Program-made: the position numbers and the translations under genes | Assembly: GCA_963770565.1 (NCBI GenBank) | Contig: CAVYQE010000002.1 | Location: 128,001-192,000, forward strand | DNA length: 64,000 bases | Direction of reading: 5' to 3' | Origin: an uncultured Actinomycetota bacterium | GTDB taxonomy: Bacteria; Actinomycetota; Actinomycetes; JAFAQI01 | Notes under the pieces: generated by a model | Told to the model about the DNA's origin: nothing | The model's input: only the letters and a program-made list of their open reading frames with translations | The model's database searches: none | Shown: positions 8,408-17,986 of the stretch, one piece after another | Layout: each line of letters begins with the position of its first letter | Position numbering within the stretch: position 1 is the first letter of the stretch

Positions 8408-10062
8408 CCAGCAGCGCGCGAGCGGTCTCGAGCCGCTTGATCACCTCGTCCGCGATCGCGATCGTCGCCTGCGCCGCCGCGCTGCTACCAGCCTCGACCG
8501 CCACGGCGGGTGGGCACGTCGGAAAGACCTGGGCCGAGGCGACCATGCGATCCGGCGCCGCCCATCCGAGCACCGATCTCGGCTATCCGGTCGCGATCTC
8601 CGGCAACACGATGGTGGTCGGCGCAGCGGGCACCGTCGTCGGGCCCGACGGTGGCGGTCAGGGCGCGGTCTACGTCTACACCAGGCCGAAGTCAGGCGTG
8701 TGGGCCGACGCGACGCCGACGGCAGTGCTGACGGTTGCCGGCTCGCCACCGAGCGAGGAAGCCGACGGTCTCGGCACCGGCGTTGCGATCGAGGGCAACA
8801 CGATCGTTGCCGGGGATAGCGCAGCCGGCAAGGATCAGGCCGGCGCTGTCTACATCTTCAACAAGCCACGGCACGGATGGCGCACCACCTCCCATCCGTC
8901 CGCCGTGCTGACGGCGAGCTCAACCAGCGACATCGGTGTGTTGGGCGGGTCGGTTGCGATTCATGGCGCCACCATCGTCGCCTCAGCGTTGTCCGGGGAC
9001 TACCCGGCGGCAGTGGTGTTCACCCGGCCGGCCTCCGGATGGGCGGACGAACATGAGACCGCCGACCTGGTCAACAGCACAGCCACGGGCTTCGATGCTC
9101 TCCTGCCGGTCGGGGTGTCAGCCGACACGATTGTGGTCGGCGGCCTGTTCGATGAGGAGGCGTGGGTGTTCGCGAAGCCGCCAACCGGGTGGGCGACGAC
9201 GACGACCCCGACTCAGGAACTTACCGAGAGCCACGCCGGCGATGTCCCACCGGACGGCTTCGGTTACACGGTCGCCGTGGACGGCTCGACGGTGGCGGTC
9301 GGCGCCCCCGGCGACCTGTTCTTCGACCAGCCACCGAGCAAGGGCGCGGTCTACCTCTACACGGAGCCGGCCGGCGGATGGGGGTCAGTGGCATCTCCGA
9401 TGTACGACACTCTGAAACTGCAATCGACGCATGAGCCCAAGGGCGACTCTTTCGGCGGCAGCGTCGCGCTCTCGGGACCGAGGCTCGCCGTCGGCGCCCC
9501 GACTCATGTCCTGGGACAGCATGACTCGGCCGGTGAGGGGTACGTCTTCCACACCATCGACAACTGGGCTCACGGCAAGCAGGTCGTCTCTCTGCCGGAT
9601 CCGAACGGTGGCCCGTACGACGAGCTCGGATGGTCGACCGCCATCAGCGGATCCTCGGTGGTGTTCGGTGCCGAATACGCCTACAAGTCCGCGGGTGCCG
9701 CCGATGTCTACACGGCCATGGCGAAGCCGACATTGTCGAAGCTGTCGCAGTCGCACCATTCCTGGCGGCTCGGGACCCGCAAGCCGTCGGTAAACCCAAG
9801 GCACGCCCCCAAGGGAGGGACCCAGTTCACCTTCCGGCTCAACGAGCCGGCCACCGTGACGCTGACGTTCACCTCCTCGGGCGCCAAAGCCCTGAGGTTG
9901 AGAGTCGCCGCCAGGACCGGCCTGAACAACGTGTACGTCGATGGACCGATCACCAAGCACAGCGGGTTGCTTCCCGGTCACTACACGGTGACGGCGCGGG
10001 CCAAGAACGCGGCGAGCGCGAAGTCATCATCGGAGAAGCTGCACTTCGTCGACGCTGACTAG
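8404..10062 (+). CDS. Secreted FG-GAP beta-propeller protein with C-terminal beta-sandwich domain
   Basis: ATGA overlap with previous stop; signal peptide; FGYTVAVDGSTVAVGAP-type repeats; C-terminal FTFRLNEPATVTLTF...LPGHYTVTARA. Confidence 0.85.
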   Translation: MTSSARAVSSRLITSSAIAIVACAAALLPASTATAGGHVGKTWAEATMRSGAAHPSTDLGYPVAISGNTMVVGAAGTVVGPDGGGQGAVYVYTRPKSGVWADATPTAVLTVAGSPPSEEADGLGTGVAIEGNTIVAGDSAAGKDQAGAVYIFNKPRHGWRTTSHPSAVLTASSTSDIGVLGGSVAIHGATIVASALSGDYPAAVVFTRPASGWADEHETADLVNSTATGFDALLPVGVSADTIVVGGLFDEEAWVFAKPPTGWATTTTPTQELTESHAGDVPPDGFGYTVAVDGSTVAVGAPGDLFFDQPPSKGAVYLYTEPAGGWGSVASPMYDTLKLQSTHEPKGDSFGGSVALSGPRLAVGAPTHVLGQHDSAGEGYVFHTIDNWAHGKQVVSLPDPNGGPYDELGWSTAISGSSVVFGAEYAYKSAGAADVYTAMAKPTLSKLSQSHHSWRLGTRKPSVNPRHAPKGGTQFTFRLNEPATVTLTFTSSGAKALRLRVAARTGLNNVYVDGPITKHSGLLPGHYTVTARAKNAASAKSSSEKLHFVDAD

Positions 10063-10069
10063 CACTCCG

Positions 10070-11128
10070 CTATTCGTGTGCGCGAATCGTTGGAATCGAG
10101 ACGTCGACGCGCAACCCGCCGGGTAGCCCGGTGCGCGCCGATACCGCACCGTCGTGAGCCGCACAGATCGACCGAACGATGGTGAGTCCCAAGCCAGCGC
10201 CGCCGCCGTGGTGGGTTCGGTCGGCGGCGCCGCGCCGGAACGGCTCGAAAAGCCCGTCGACGGCCTCCGCAGGGATCTGCGGACCGGTGTTCTCGATGAC
10301 GAGGTGGCCGGTATCGGTCACGGTCACGCGTACGTCGCCTCCCTCGACGTTGTAGACGATGGCGTTGCGGACCAGATTGGTCACGAGCCGCTCGAGCAAC
10401 ACCTCTTCGCCAGCGATGACGCACTCGGTCAACTCGCAGGTCAAGGTGATGGTTGACAGCGCCGCCAAGTCACGGTGCGCATCCACGACGTGAGCTGCGA
10501 TCAGGTCAAATCGCTGCGGAGTGCGCGATACCAGTCCGCGGTCGCTCTCGCTGAGCACGAGCAGTCCCTCGATGAGTCGCTCATTGCGTTCGTTGGTCGC
10601 CAGCAGCTGCTCAGCCAGCAGCGCGACCTGGCTGGGCGATCGGGCACCCGACATGCTGACCTCGATCAAGGTCCGCTGGACCGCGAGTGGCGTCCGCAAC
10701 TCGTGTGAGGCGTTCGCCGCGAAGCTGCGCTGTCCTTCGTAGCCGGAGGCGAGCCGGTCCATCATCTCGTTCACCGCGACGGTGAGCCGAGTGGTCTCAT
10801 CACGACGTGAGCCGATCGGGGCGCGCTCGGCGAGGCTCTGCGGTCCGAACCGGCGCACCATGTCGGTCAGCGCGCCGATCGGTTGCAGTGACCAGATCGC
10901 CAGCGAGACACACAGAGCCACCAGCACCAGCCCAACGATCAGAGCGAGGATCACCTCAGCCAGCGAGCGGTGGTGGGTGCCGAAGTTACAGGTGTGCGTC
11001 ACACGCACGATTGCAGACTGACAGCCGAGCGAGCTAATGCACCAACGGAAGACGCCGAACGCCGCCAGGCCGACCACGGCCATAGCCAGACAGGACAACT
11101 CGACCCTGACCCGGGGTGTCAGGCGCAT
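10070..11128 (-). CDS. HAMP-domain sensor histidine kinase (CutS/VanS-like)
   Basis: Two TM helices; FAANASHELRTPL H-box; NLVRNAIVYN; NTG; LFEPFRR; GAGLGLTIV. Confidence 0.88.
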   Translation of the reverse strand: MRLTPRVRVELSCLAMAVVGLAAFGVFRWCISSLGCQSAIVRVTHTCNFGTHHRSLAEVILALIVGLVLVALCVSLAIWSLQPIGALTDMVRRFGPQSLAERAPIGSRRDETTRLTVAVNEMMDRLASGYEGQRSFAANASHELRTPLAVQRTLIEVSMSGARSPSQVALLAEQLLATNERNERLIEGLLVLSESDRGLVSRTPQRFDLIAAHVVDAHRDLAALSTITLTCELTECVIAGEEVLLERLVTNLVRNAIVYNVEGGDVRVTVTDTGHLVIENTGPQIPAEAVDGLFEPFRRGAADRTHHGGGAGLGLTIVRSICAAHDGAVSARTGLPGGLRVDVSIPTIRAHE

Positions 11129-11132
11129 CAGA

Positions 11133-11792
11133 TCAGCGACTAATCCGATAACCGGCGCGTGGCACAGTCTCAATCACCGGCGGCTCGCCAAGCTTGCGGC
11201 GCAACGTCATCATCGCGACCCGCACCGCGTTCGTGAACGGGTCGGCGTTCTCGTCCCAGGCCTGCTCGAGGAGGTCCTCGGCGCTGACGATCTGACCGTC
11301 GGCCCGCAGCATCACCTCCAGGACTGCAAACTCTTTCGGGGTGAGGTCGAGTGGCCGGCCGTCGCGGCTGGCGAAGTGCCGCGCCGGATCGAGCAGCACA
11401 CCCGCCTGCTCGAGCACCGGGCGGACCGCGGGCCGAGATCGGCGGCCGAGCGCCTGCACGCGCGCCACCAGCTCGGCGAAGGCGAACGGCTTCGTGAGGT
11501 AGTCGTCCGCGCCGATGCTCAGACCGTCGACCCGGTCGCGGATCCCGCTCGCTGCGGTCAGCATCAGCACCCGCACGTTGTCAGTCGACTCTGCGATCCA
11601 CTGACAGATCTCGTCACCGTGGCGCCCTGGCATGTCGCGGTCGAGCACCGCCACGTCGTACCGATGGGTCGAGACAAGGTTCATTGCCTCCTGACCGTCG
11701 TAACAGACATCGACCGCCATCGACAGGCGCCGCAGCCCCTCCGCGATCGTGTCGGCGAGGAGTGCCTCGTCGTCGGCCACCAGTACCCGCAA
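11133..11792 (-). CDS. OmpR-family response regulator, CutR-like
   Basis: TTG start RVLVADDE; LDRDMP; GADDYLTKPFAF; AWDENADPFTNAVRVAMMTLRRKLGEPPVI as in Streptomyces CutR. Confidence 0.88.
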   Translation of the reverse strand: MRVLVADDEALLADTIAEGLRRLSMAVDVCYDGQEAMNLVSTHRYDVAVLDRDMPGRHGDEICQWIAESTDNVRVLMLTAASGIRDRVDGLSIGADDYLTKPFAFAELVARVQALGRRSRPAVRPVLEQAGVLLDPARHFASRDGRPLDLTPKEFAVLEVMLRADGQIVSAEDLLEQAWDENADPFTNAVRVAMMTLRRKLGEPPVIETVPRAGYRISR

Positions 11793-11852
11793 CGCTGCTC
11801 CCCACGGTGTGCGATCGCGGACAAACTCGGCGTATCCAGTATGCGGCCCGCC

Positions 11853-11870
11853 GATAAGGCCGCCATAAGC
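11853..11870. promoter_or_regulatory. Putative OmpR-type direct-repeat operator
   Basis: ATAAG at 11854 and 11865 (11-bp period) between the divergent regulator and peptidase genes. Confidence 0.4.
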
Positions 11871-11916
11871 CGCGAGCTGACGGTGGCAATACGGGTCGCT
11901 CGCCACGATCGTGCAC

Positions 11917-12855
11917 ATGGCTCTGGCCACCCTCGATCGACCACCGCAGCCAATCCGCACCCGACGGCATCGGGGCGCTGCCGCAGTGGCCGTCCTCAGT
12001 CTGCTCTGTGCCGGCCTGCTGTGGTGGGTGGGCGGCCCCGATCGCGGCCCCACGCCGCTGCACCACCACCGTCTGGGATCGCTCACCCTCACTTGGCCGA
12101 CTGACGGCCAATCGGCGATCGAGCTGGTCGGCGCCGGGCATCACACGAGCGGTCCGGAAAGCCCCGTTCCGATCGCGAGCCTTGCGAAGGTGATGACGGC
12201 GTACGTCGTTCTGCGGGAGTCCCCACTCGGCGCCGGTCGGGCTGGGTTCACCATCACCATGACGGCGGCCGACGCCAACCAGGCACTCGCCGACAAGGAC
12301 AGCGATCAGTCGTCAGTACCGGTCGAGCCTGGTGAAACGCTCACCGAGCGCGATGCGCTCGAGGCGCTGTTGCTGCCATCGGCCAACAACATCGCGCACG
12401 CCCTCGCGGAGCACTGGCCAGGTGGCGAGGCTGCGTTCGTTCAAGCCATGAACACTGTGGCCCGGTCACTCCATATGACACAGACCCGATACACCGATCC
12501 GAGCGGCCTGGAGCCCGCTACGACGTCGACCGCCCTCGACCAGCTGCGACTCGCGCGAGCGGCGATGCGGCTGCCGACATTCGCCGCGATCGTCGCGATG
12601 CGGAACGCGGTCGTACCGATCGCCGGCTCGATCGTCAACACCGACAGCCTGCTGGGGCACGACGGGTTCGTCGGCATCAAGACCGGGTCGACGAGCGCGG
12701 CCGGCGGCTGCTTCATGTTCGAGGCACGGCAGATCCGCGCCGGTCGGGCGCGCACCGTCATTGGTGCCGTCCTCGGTCAACGCGGTGGCCCGCTGATCGA
12801 GGCGGGTCTTTCCAGCGCAGAAGACCTCGTACGCGCAGCCATGGCCCAACTTTGA
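11917..12855 (+). CDS. D-alanyl-D-alanine carboxypeptidase (peptidase S11)
   Basis: SxxK (ASLAKVMT), SxN (PSANN) and KTG (GIKTGST) motifs; N-terminal membrane anchor. Confidence 0.88.
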   Translation: MALATLDRPPQPIRTRRHRGAAAVAVLSLLCAGLLWWVGGPDRGPTPLHHHRLGSLTLTWPTDGQSAIELVGAGHHTSGPESPVPIASLAKVMTAYVVLRESPLGAGRAGFTITMTAADANQALADKDSDQSSVPVEPGETLTERDALEALLLPSANNIAHALAEHWPGGEAAFVQAMNTVARSLHMTQTRYTDPSGLEPATTSTALDQLRLARAAMRLPTFAAIVAMRNAVVPIAGSIVNTDSLLGHDGFVGIKTGSTSAAGGCFMFEARQIRAGRARTVIGAVLGQRGGPLIEAGLSSAEDLVRAAMAQL

Positions 12856-12943
12856 CCCGCGCACCCATCAACGGCTGAGCGGTGAAACAAGCTGCGGTCG
12901 CCCTGGCCGGCGTACTCGCCGCGGCCCGCGGCTACGAACCCGT

Positions 12944-14131
12944 CTAGCTGCCTGCCGGGATGTCAGTCACGGAGTTGCCGCCGTTGTTCGTGACCCACAG
13001 GTGGCTGCCGTCGAAGGCGAGGCCGATCGGCACGTTGAAGCCAAACGACGCGCCGGACAAGGTGGTGATCCACCTGCCCTGGGTGTCGATCTCGGTCAGC
13101 GAGCCGCTCTCGTTGGTTACCCATAGATGGGCGCCATCGAAGGCGATCCGGGCCGGCGAACTGAAGCCGTAGGAGGCGTCGGTCAAGGTCGCCACCCAAG
13201 TGCCGGCGGTGTCGAACTCCGTCACGGAGTTGCCACTGTGGTTGGCCACCCACAGGTCCTTGCCGTCGAACGCGATCCCGTCGGAGAAGTTGAAACCGAA
13301 CGAGCCGCCCGACAGCGTCTGCACCCACGCACCGGCCGGATCGAACTCGGTCACCGAGTCGCCGGCACGGTTGGTCACCCAAAGATGAGCGCCGTCGAAC
13401 GCGATCGCGGCCGGGTTGTTGAAGGCGTACGAGCCTCCAGACAGAGTCTGCACCCACGCACCGTTCGTCCCGATCTCCGTCACGGAGTCGGCGCCGAGGT
13501 TCGTCACCCAGACATGCGAGCCGTCGAACGCGATCGCGAACGGGTCGGCAAAGCCATAGGACCCACCGGAGATCGTCCGAACCCACGCACCGTTGGTGCC
13601 GAACTCGGTCACCGAGTCGCCGGTTGTGTTGGTGACCCACAAGTGGACGCCGTCGAAGGCAATGCCATCCGGCCCGTCGAACCCGTAGGAACCCCCGGAG
13701 ATCGTCCGCACCCACGCGCCGTTGGTGCCGAACTCGGTCACCGAGTTGCCGACCACGTTCGCCACCCACAGATGCGTCCCGTCGAAGGCGATCCCGCCGG
13801 GCTCGTCGAAGCCGTACGAGCCACCTGAATGCACCCCGCCCCACCAGTCCAGCAGCGCCACCCGCGAAGGGTCAGGATGTGGCACCAGCCCGGCCGGACC
13901 GCGCGGGCCGGACTTGCCGGGCACGCCTTTCGGGCCACGGGCGCCGATCAACACCCGGACCGTGCCGCGCGGACACTTCCCGTGCCGCTGCAACGACAAC
14001 ACCCGCTTCGCGCTCGCGCACGCGTGGTACGACGACGAACCGCTCGCGGTCGCCGCTACCGAGACGCCGGCAGCCGCCACGGCTATCGCGCCGACTGCAA
14101 GCCCGCACCCGATCAACCTCGACCGACCCAT
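12944..14131 (-). CDS. Secreted protein: short collagen-like G-X-Y segment plus 43-aa-repeat beta-propeller (NHL/YncE-like)
   Basis: Signal peptide; GARGPKGVPGKSGPRGPAG; seven repeats of GGSYGF..P..IAFDG.HLWV.N..G.SVTE. Confidence 0.82.
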   Translation of the reverse strand: MGRSRLIGCGLAVGAIAVAAAGVSVAATASGSSSYHACASAKRVLSLQRHGKCPRGTVRVLIGARGPKGVPGKSGPRGPAGLVPHPDPSRVALLDWWGGVHSGGSYGFDEPGGIAFDGTHLWVANVVGNSVTEFGTNGAWVRTISGGSYGFDGPDGIAFDGVHLWVTNTTGDSVTEFGTNGAWVRTISGGSYGFADPFAIAFDGSHVWVTNLGADSVTEIGTNGAWVQTLSGGSYAFNNPAAIAFDGAHLWVTNRAGDSVTEFDPAGAWVQTLSGGSFGFNFSDGIAFDGKDLWVANHSGNSVTEFDTAGTWVATLTDASYGFSSPARIAFDGAHLWVTNESGSLTEIDTQGRWITTLSGASFGFNVPIGLAFDGSHLWVTNNGGNSVTDIPAGS

Positions 14132-14302
14132 CACGGTCTCCCTCCGTGAGAGGCGGCTTCGCGCCGTGCCCACGGCATCCGACGTCCGCCTCACTGGATC
14201 GTCGCACCTGAGGCCGCGCAGTGGGCGTTCCCCGCCGGGCGCGACTTGCGCGGCGACCTGGCGCGCGCCAGATCCGGAAGCCGAGGGCCGAGAACCGCTC
14301 GC

Positions 14303-14415
14303 GGGTTATCTGGAACGGGTTGGGATTGGCAGGGATCTATCCCGAAATGGGTCAGGGCCATGATCGTTGATCATGGCCCTGACCTAGGGTTTTGCCTCAG
14401 TGGCGAAGGTGGGAT
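14303..14415. repeat. Junction J1, arm A: arm-type repeats, hairpin and degenerate tRNA 3' core
   Basis: 16-bp stem GGTCAGGGCCATGATC-GTT-GATCATGGCCCTGACC (14350-14384) shared with 27628 and 35727; followed by CAGTGGCGAAGGTGGGAT versus tRNA end CAGTGGCGGGGGTAGGAT. Confidence 0.8.
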
Positions 14416-14420
14416 GCGGG

Positions 14421-14585
14421 TCAGGAACTTGCGCTGCCCTCAGAGTCGGCCGCCTCGGAGGACGTGTCCGATTCAGCCGCCTCGCTTGACTCGGCTGAGT
14501 CCTTCGCGTCCGTTTCCGGACTGTCATCCTCGGTCTCGAATGGGTCCTCTTCAATGGCATTCGGATTTGAGATGCCTTCGGGCAT
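14421..14585 (-). CDS. 54-aa very acidic small protein
   Basis: AAAGGAG RBS upstream of ATG; 18 D/E versus 1 K; lies between arm A and arm B of J1. Confidence 0.5.
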   Translation of the reverse strand: MPEGISNPNAIEEDPFETEDDSPETDAKDSAESSEAAESDTSSEAADSEGSASS

Positions 14586-14711
14586 GTTCGGTCTCCTTTG
14601 AGTTTCTCGACGGGTGGCGCAACTGCGTTCCGCGGGTTTGATCATCATGTGCCGCGGCGACGCCGGTGACAAGGATCGGTTTGACGGCGCGGTCTGGACG
14701 GGCTGTCTTCC

Positions 14712-14790
14712 CTTTGCTATCAACAGAATCCCGGCCCCGACCGGCACTGCCGGCAGGGCGTGGATGTCCGCCACTTAGAGGCAGGTCAGG
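14712..14790. repeat. Junction J1, diverged arm B
   Basis: GTGGATGTCCGCCACTTAGAGGC versus GTGGAGGTCCACCATTTAGGGGC at ~27822 (19/23 identical); TGCTATCAACAG versus TGTTAGCAACGG. Confidence 0.6.
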
Positions 14791-14849
14791 GGTGGATCCT
14801 GCTCCGAGATCCGAGACCGGCGTTCTGCGTTGGCTTTGCGTTCGGTGGG

Positions 14850-15931
14850 TTCGGCTGCTCGGGAGGGCTAGCCGAAGCAATGTGCCGCGTGTTGTCTTGG
14901 CCCAAAGCGCTCCGGGGGTGGCCGCGACGATGGCTCCTGTTCCTCGCAGCGAGTGGAGCGGCTGGATGCTGTGGTGGGGTGCGATGCGGAGCAGTCGTCC
15001 GTGAGTGAAGTCGCTGACGTAGGCGGCGCCCTGGTCGTAGGCGATTGTGTCGTCAGCGCCGGCGAACTGCCAGGTTTGCAGGTTCGCTGGGTCCGAGGGT
15101 TGATCGCTATGACGACACTGATGTTGCGCCAGCCGATGTAGGAAGGAGCCGCGACGGGCCCGGAGGCGTACGCCCAGATCAGGCCGCCGCCGCCGGCGAG
15201 CTGGGAGACGTCGAGCTGCCCGCCGCTGCAACGGAAACCGGCCGAACGTGCACTCTGTCGGCGCCGGGAGCGGCGAAGCCGACACCGTCGAGGTCTTCAG
15301 CCACCCAGGTGCCGGATGGCCCCACGATGGTTGTGTTGTTCTCACTCGGGGTTGGCAGCATCGCCACCAGCCGCGAGGTTCGCTGGTCGACCTGCGCGAT
15401 CAAGCCGGCGGGTGAGGACACCCACACGCTCCCCGCCCCCACACTGACGCTGCTGGGATCGAACCGACGGTCGTGCCGGCTGACCCGGACCGGCAGGACG
15501 AGCCGCGTCGTCGTAACGGTTCGCCCGTCTTGCGGGTCGACCCGTGTGAGCGTTTCCGAGAAGGGGTGGGCGAGCCAGATCGCTTCCCCGCCGACGGCCA
15601 GCGACCCGGCGTCGAGGACGGGGAATCGCTTGATGACCAGGCCGGTGCGATCCGCGACCTCGGAGAGCTGCCCGACCATAGGCTGCTCGCCCGTGCAGTC
15701 CCGCACGCAGGACAGCACTCACAACGATCCGGGTGCTGCCGCCGCCGCGATCGTCGCGCCAGCGAGGCTGAGAGGTGTGGTGGTGGTACCGCCTTGCGTT
15801 GGCTGTCCCGACTGGGTCCCGCCGGGGTTGCCGCTCAGCGACCAACCCAGAGCGGCCGCGGCGATCGCTACCAGCGCGATCCCGACGCGGAGGTGGCGGC
15901 GATGCTGACGGCGACGGGCATCCTTGATCAC
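14850..15931 (-). pseudogene. Disrupted membrane-anchored beta-propeller-like protein
   Basis: IKDARRRQHRR + TM start; in-frame TGA at 15719-15721 (GSL*VLSC, probably Trp); further frame changes near 15.2 and 15.1 kb; VGGEAIWL and VGAGSVWV repeats; 3' end approximate. Confidence 0.6.
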
Positions 15932-16006
15932 CGCCTACCACGGGGCGTCCCACCAGCGACCCGGGTGGACAACTGTCGTGCCTATAGAGCTATTGTTACT
16001 AGCACT

Positions 16007-16354
16007 ATGTTCGGGGTCAAAATTGACCGGACCGGTCCGACCCTGCTGCATGATCAGGTCGCCGCACAGATCCGCCGCGCGATCGCAGAGGGCGAGGCCG
16101 CTCCCGGTGAACGCCTGCCGCCGGCTCGCGACCTCGCGGCCGTTCTCGGGGTGAACACGAACACCGTGCTTCGTGCCTTACGCCTGCTCCGTGACGAGGG
16201 AACCCTAGAGTTCCGACGTGGTCGAGGCATCACCGTCGCCGGCACACCCGACACCAGCACCGTACTCATCAAGGCACGGGAGCTCATCGCTCTAGCGGCC
16301 CACCGCGGCTACCAACGCGACGACCTGATCCGGCTCATCGAGAGCCTGCCCTAG
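16007..16354 (+). CDS. GntR-family (YtrA subfamily) regulator
   Basis: GERLPPARDLAAVLGVNTNTVLRA..LRDEG...RRGRG; short C-terminus; imperfect palindrome GAGCTA-N7-TAGCAC at 15987-16005. Confidence 0.88.
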   Translation: MFGVKIDRTGPTLLHDQVAAQIRRAIAEGEAAPGERLPPARDLAAVLGVNTNTVLRALRLLRDEGTLEFRRGRGITVAGTPDTSTVLIKARELIALAAHRGYQRDDLIRLIESLP

Positions 16355-16537
16355 CAGCCTCGACCACCCGCCGAGCCCACCCAACAACTCGAACTGGATT
16401 CGCGGACTGAGCGCTGGCGCCCCCGGGGGCGTGACTCGGCCATTTGACCGCGACATCGTTGGAGGCCGGCATGCGTCGCGTCTTGCGCTGCCTTCAGGTC
16501 GGTGGGATGACGCTCGCGCGGCTGGAAAGGGGTCAGC

Positions 16538-16969
16538 TTACGTCGTTGGTGTTGGCAACTGTCGGCCGGAGATCTGTTGGGCCTCAATCTTGACGTAGTG
16601 CGGCAACTCGCTACCGACCCAGCTGTGCATGCTTAGCCGGTCAAGCACGGCGACCTCGTTTGAGTCAGTGACCACGCGGGACGGCCCGACGACGAGGACA
16701 CTCCAACCACGGCGCTGGGCCGGGTCGAGATCGTCAATCTCGAATGCCACGACGGTGCCGTTCAACGCGGCGCTGAGTTTGGTGCCAGGCGCGGTACGGA
16801 ACGTGATCGCGTTGCCCACCAACTGGTAGTTCACCGGAAACGCTGCTGGCAGTGCATCGACGGACAGCACTACCCGCCCAACCGTAGCTAAGGCGAGCAG
16901 TCGACGGCAGTCGGACTCACCGAGTACCAACAGATCAGCAGAGGACAGCACCACCTCATCCAAGGTCAT
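16538..16969 (-). CDS. Pyridoxamine 5'-phosphate oxidase-like (flavin-binding) protein
   Basis: CRRLLA..VGRV, FPVNY, FRTAPGTKL, VAFEID, GWSVLVVG, ISGR. Confidence 0.85.
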   Translation of the reverse strand: MTLDEVVLSSADLLVLGESDCRRLLALATVGRVVLSVDALPAAFPVNYQLVGNAITFRTAPGTKLSAALNGTVVAFEIDDLDPAQRRGWSVLVVGPSRVVTDSNEVAVLDRLSMHSWVGSELPHYVKIEAQQISGRQLPTPTT

Positions 16970-17149
16970 AGTCGGCTGCACGACCAGGGGCGTTAGACCC
17001 TGCGGCAGTGCCGAGCCCCGACAGCATCAACCAACAGGCGGTAGCCCGGACGGCGCAGCCATCGCTCGCGATCGGCGCTCGGCGCGGCCGCACCGGCACC
17101 GATACTGGTGATATCGACCATTGCGGTCCAAGAGAACACGAGGGCACAC

Positions 17150-17428
17150 ATGATGCCGGGCCGAATGGTCACCGTAACCTGCCCGGCATGCCAGACCACG
17201 ACGACCGTGCGATCACGTCGAGGATTCAGCAACTTCGACGACACGCACCAGGTCAGCTGTCAGACCCGGATCGAACCGACCGAGCCCGATCTTGATGTGC
17301 TCCTCGACCTCCCACCCGATGACCATCCCAACCCGGAGCCCGGCCACGACTCGACTCGCGCCGCGAAGAGCGAGCCAGGCGTCCGTCACCCGGGTCGGGA
17401 GGGGCGATTCAGTGAACCGGTTCTGTAG
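17150..17428 (+). CDS. Small hypothetical protein with CPAC...H...C motif
   Basis: GAGGG upstream of ATG; possible zinc ribbon; otherwise unrecognised. Confidence 0.3.
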   Translation: MMPGRMVTVTCPACQTTTTVRSRRGFSNFDDTHQVSCQTRIEPTEPDLDVLLDLPPDDHPNPEPGHDSTRAAKSEPGVRHPGREGRFSEPVL

Positions 17429-17650
17429 TGGCAACAGATTCAACGACCGGATGGGCGCGCGCTATTGCCACGCGTGCGTTCATCCGGCATTAACCGGACG
17501 GCGTCCTGCCCGCTTGGCAGCATCGTGCTCGACCTCATCGACGGTGTCACGGTCGTGGGTCAGATCGACCCCATGACCCAGGCCGAAAACCTCCAGTGGC
17601 AGTGATTCTCCGATACTTGGAATAATTGAAGATTAGGCTACGATCACGCA

Positions 17651-17986
17651 GTGCCACACAACGCGCGACCAGTGCATGAGGCGAAGGCGAGCCTGTTCCG
17701 GGTGCTAGGCCATCCCGCCCGGATCCGGATCTTGGAGCTGCTTGGTGAGGGTGAGCGATCCGTGGGGGCGTTGCAGGCGGATCTCGGTTTGGATTCCGGT
17801 GGGACGTCGCAGCATTTGGCGGCGTTGCGGCGGGTCGGGGTGGTGCAGTCGCGCCGCGAGGGGACGACCGTGTTCTACCGGGTCGATGACAAGCGGGTGT
17901 TTGATCTGCTCGCTACCGGCCGCGACATCATCACCCGGCGACTCGGTGAGCAGCAGTCGCTGCTGAAGGACCTCGCCAAGTCGTGA
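17651..17986 (+). CDS. ArsR/SmtB regulator (Rv0081-like) heading the hydrogenase-like operon
   Basis: KASLFRVLGHPARIRILELL, SQHLAALRR.GVV..RREG; GTGA overlap with next gene. Confidence 0.9.
   Translation: MPHNARPVHEAKASLFRVLGHPARIRILELLGEGERSVGALQADLGLDSGGTSQHLAALRRVGVVQSRREGTTVFYRVDDKRVFDLLATGRDIITRRLGEQQSLLKDLAKS

Noticed and set aside
10070-12855. Vancomycin resistance cluster
   Set aside because: No vanH, vanA or vanX; the regulator looks closer to CutR
12960-13830. CRISPR-like regularly spaced repeats
   Set aside because: The period is 129 bp, in frame, inside a protein-coding gene; no unique spacers and no cas genes
15719-15721. Programmed stop readthrough (selenocysteine or recoded TGA)
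   Set aside because: The same gene also has frame changes, and all other genes use TGA as stop, so simple inactivation or sequence error is more likely
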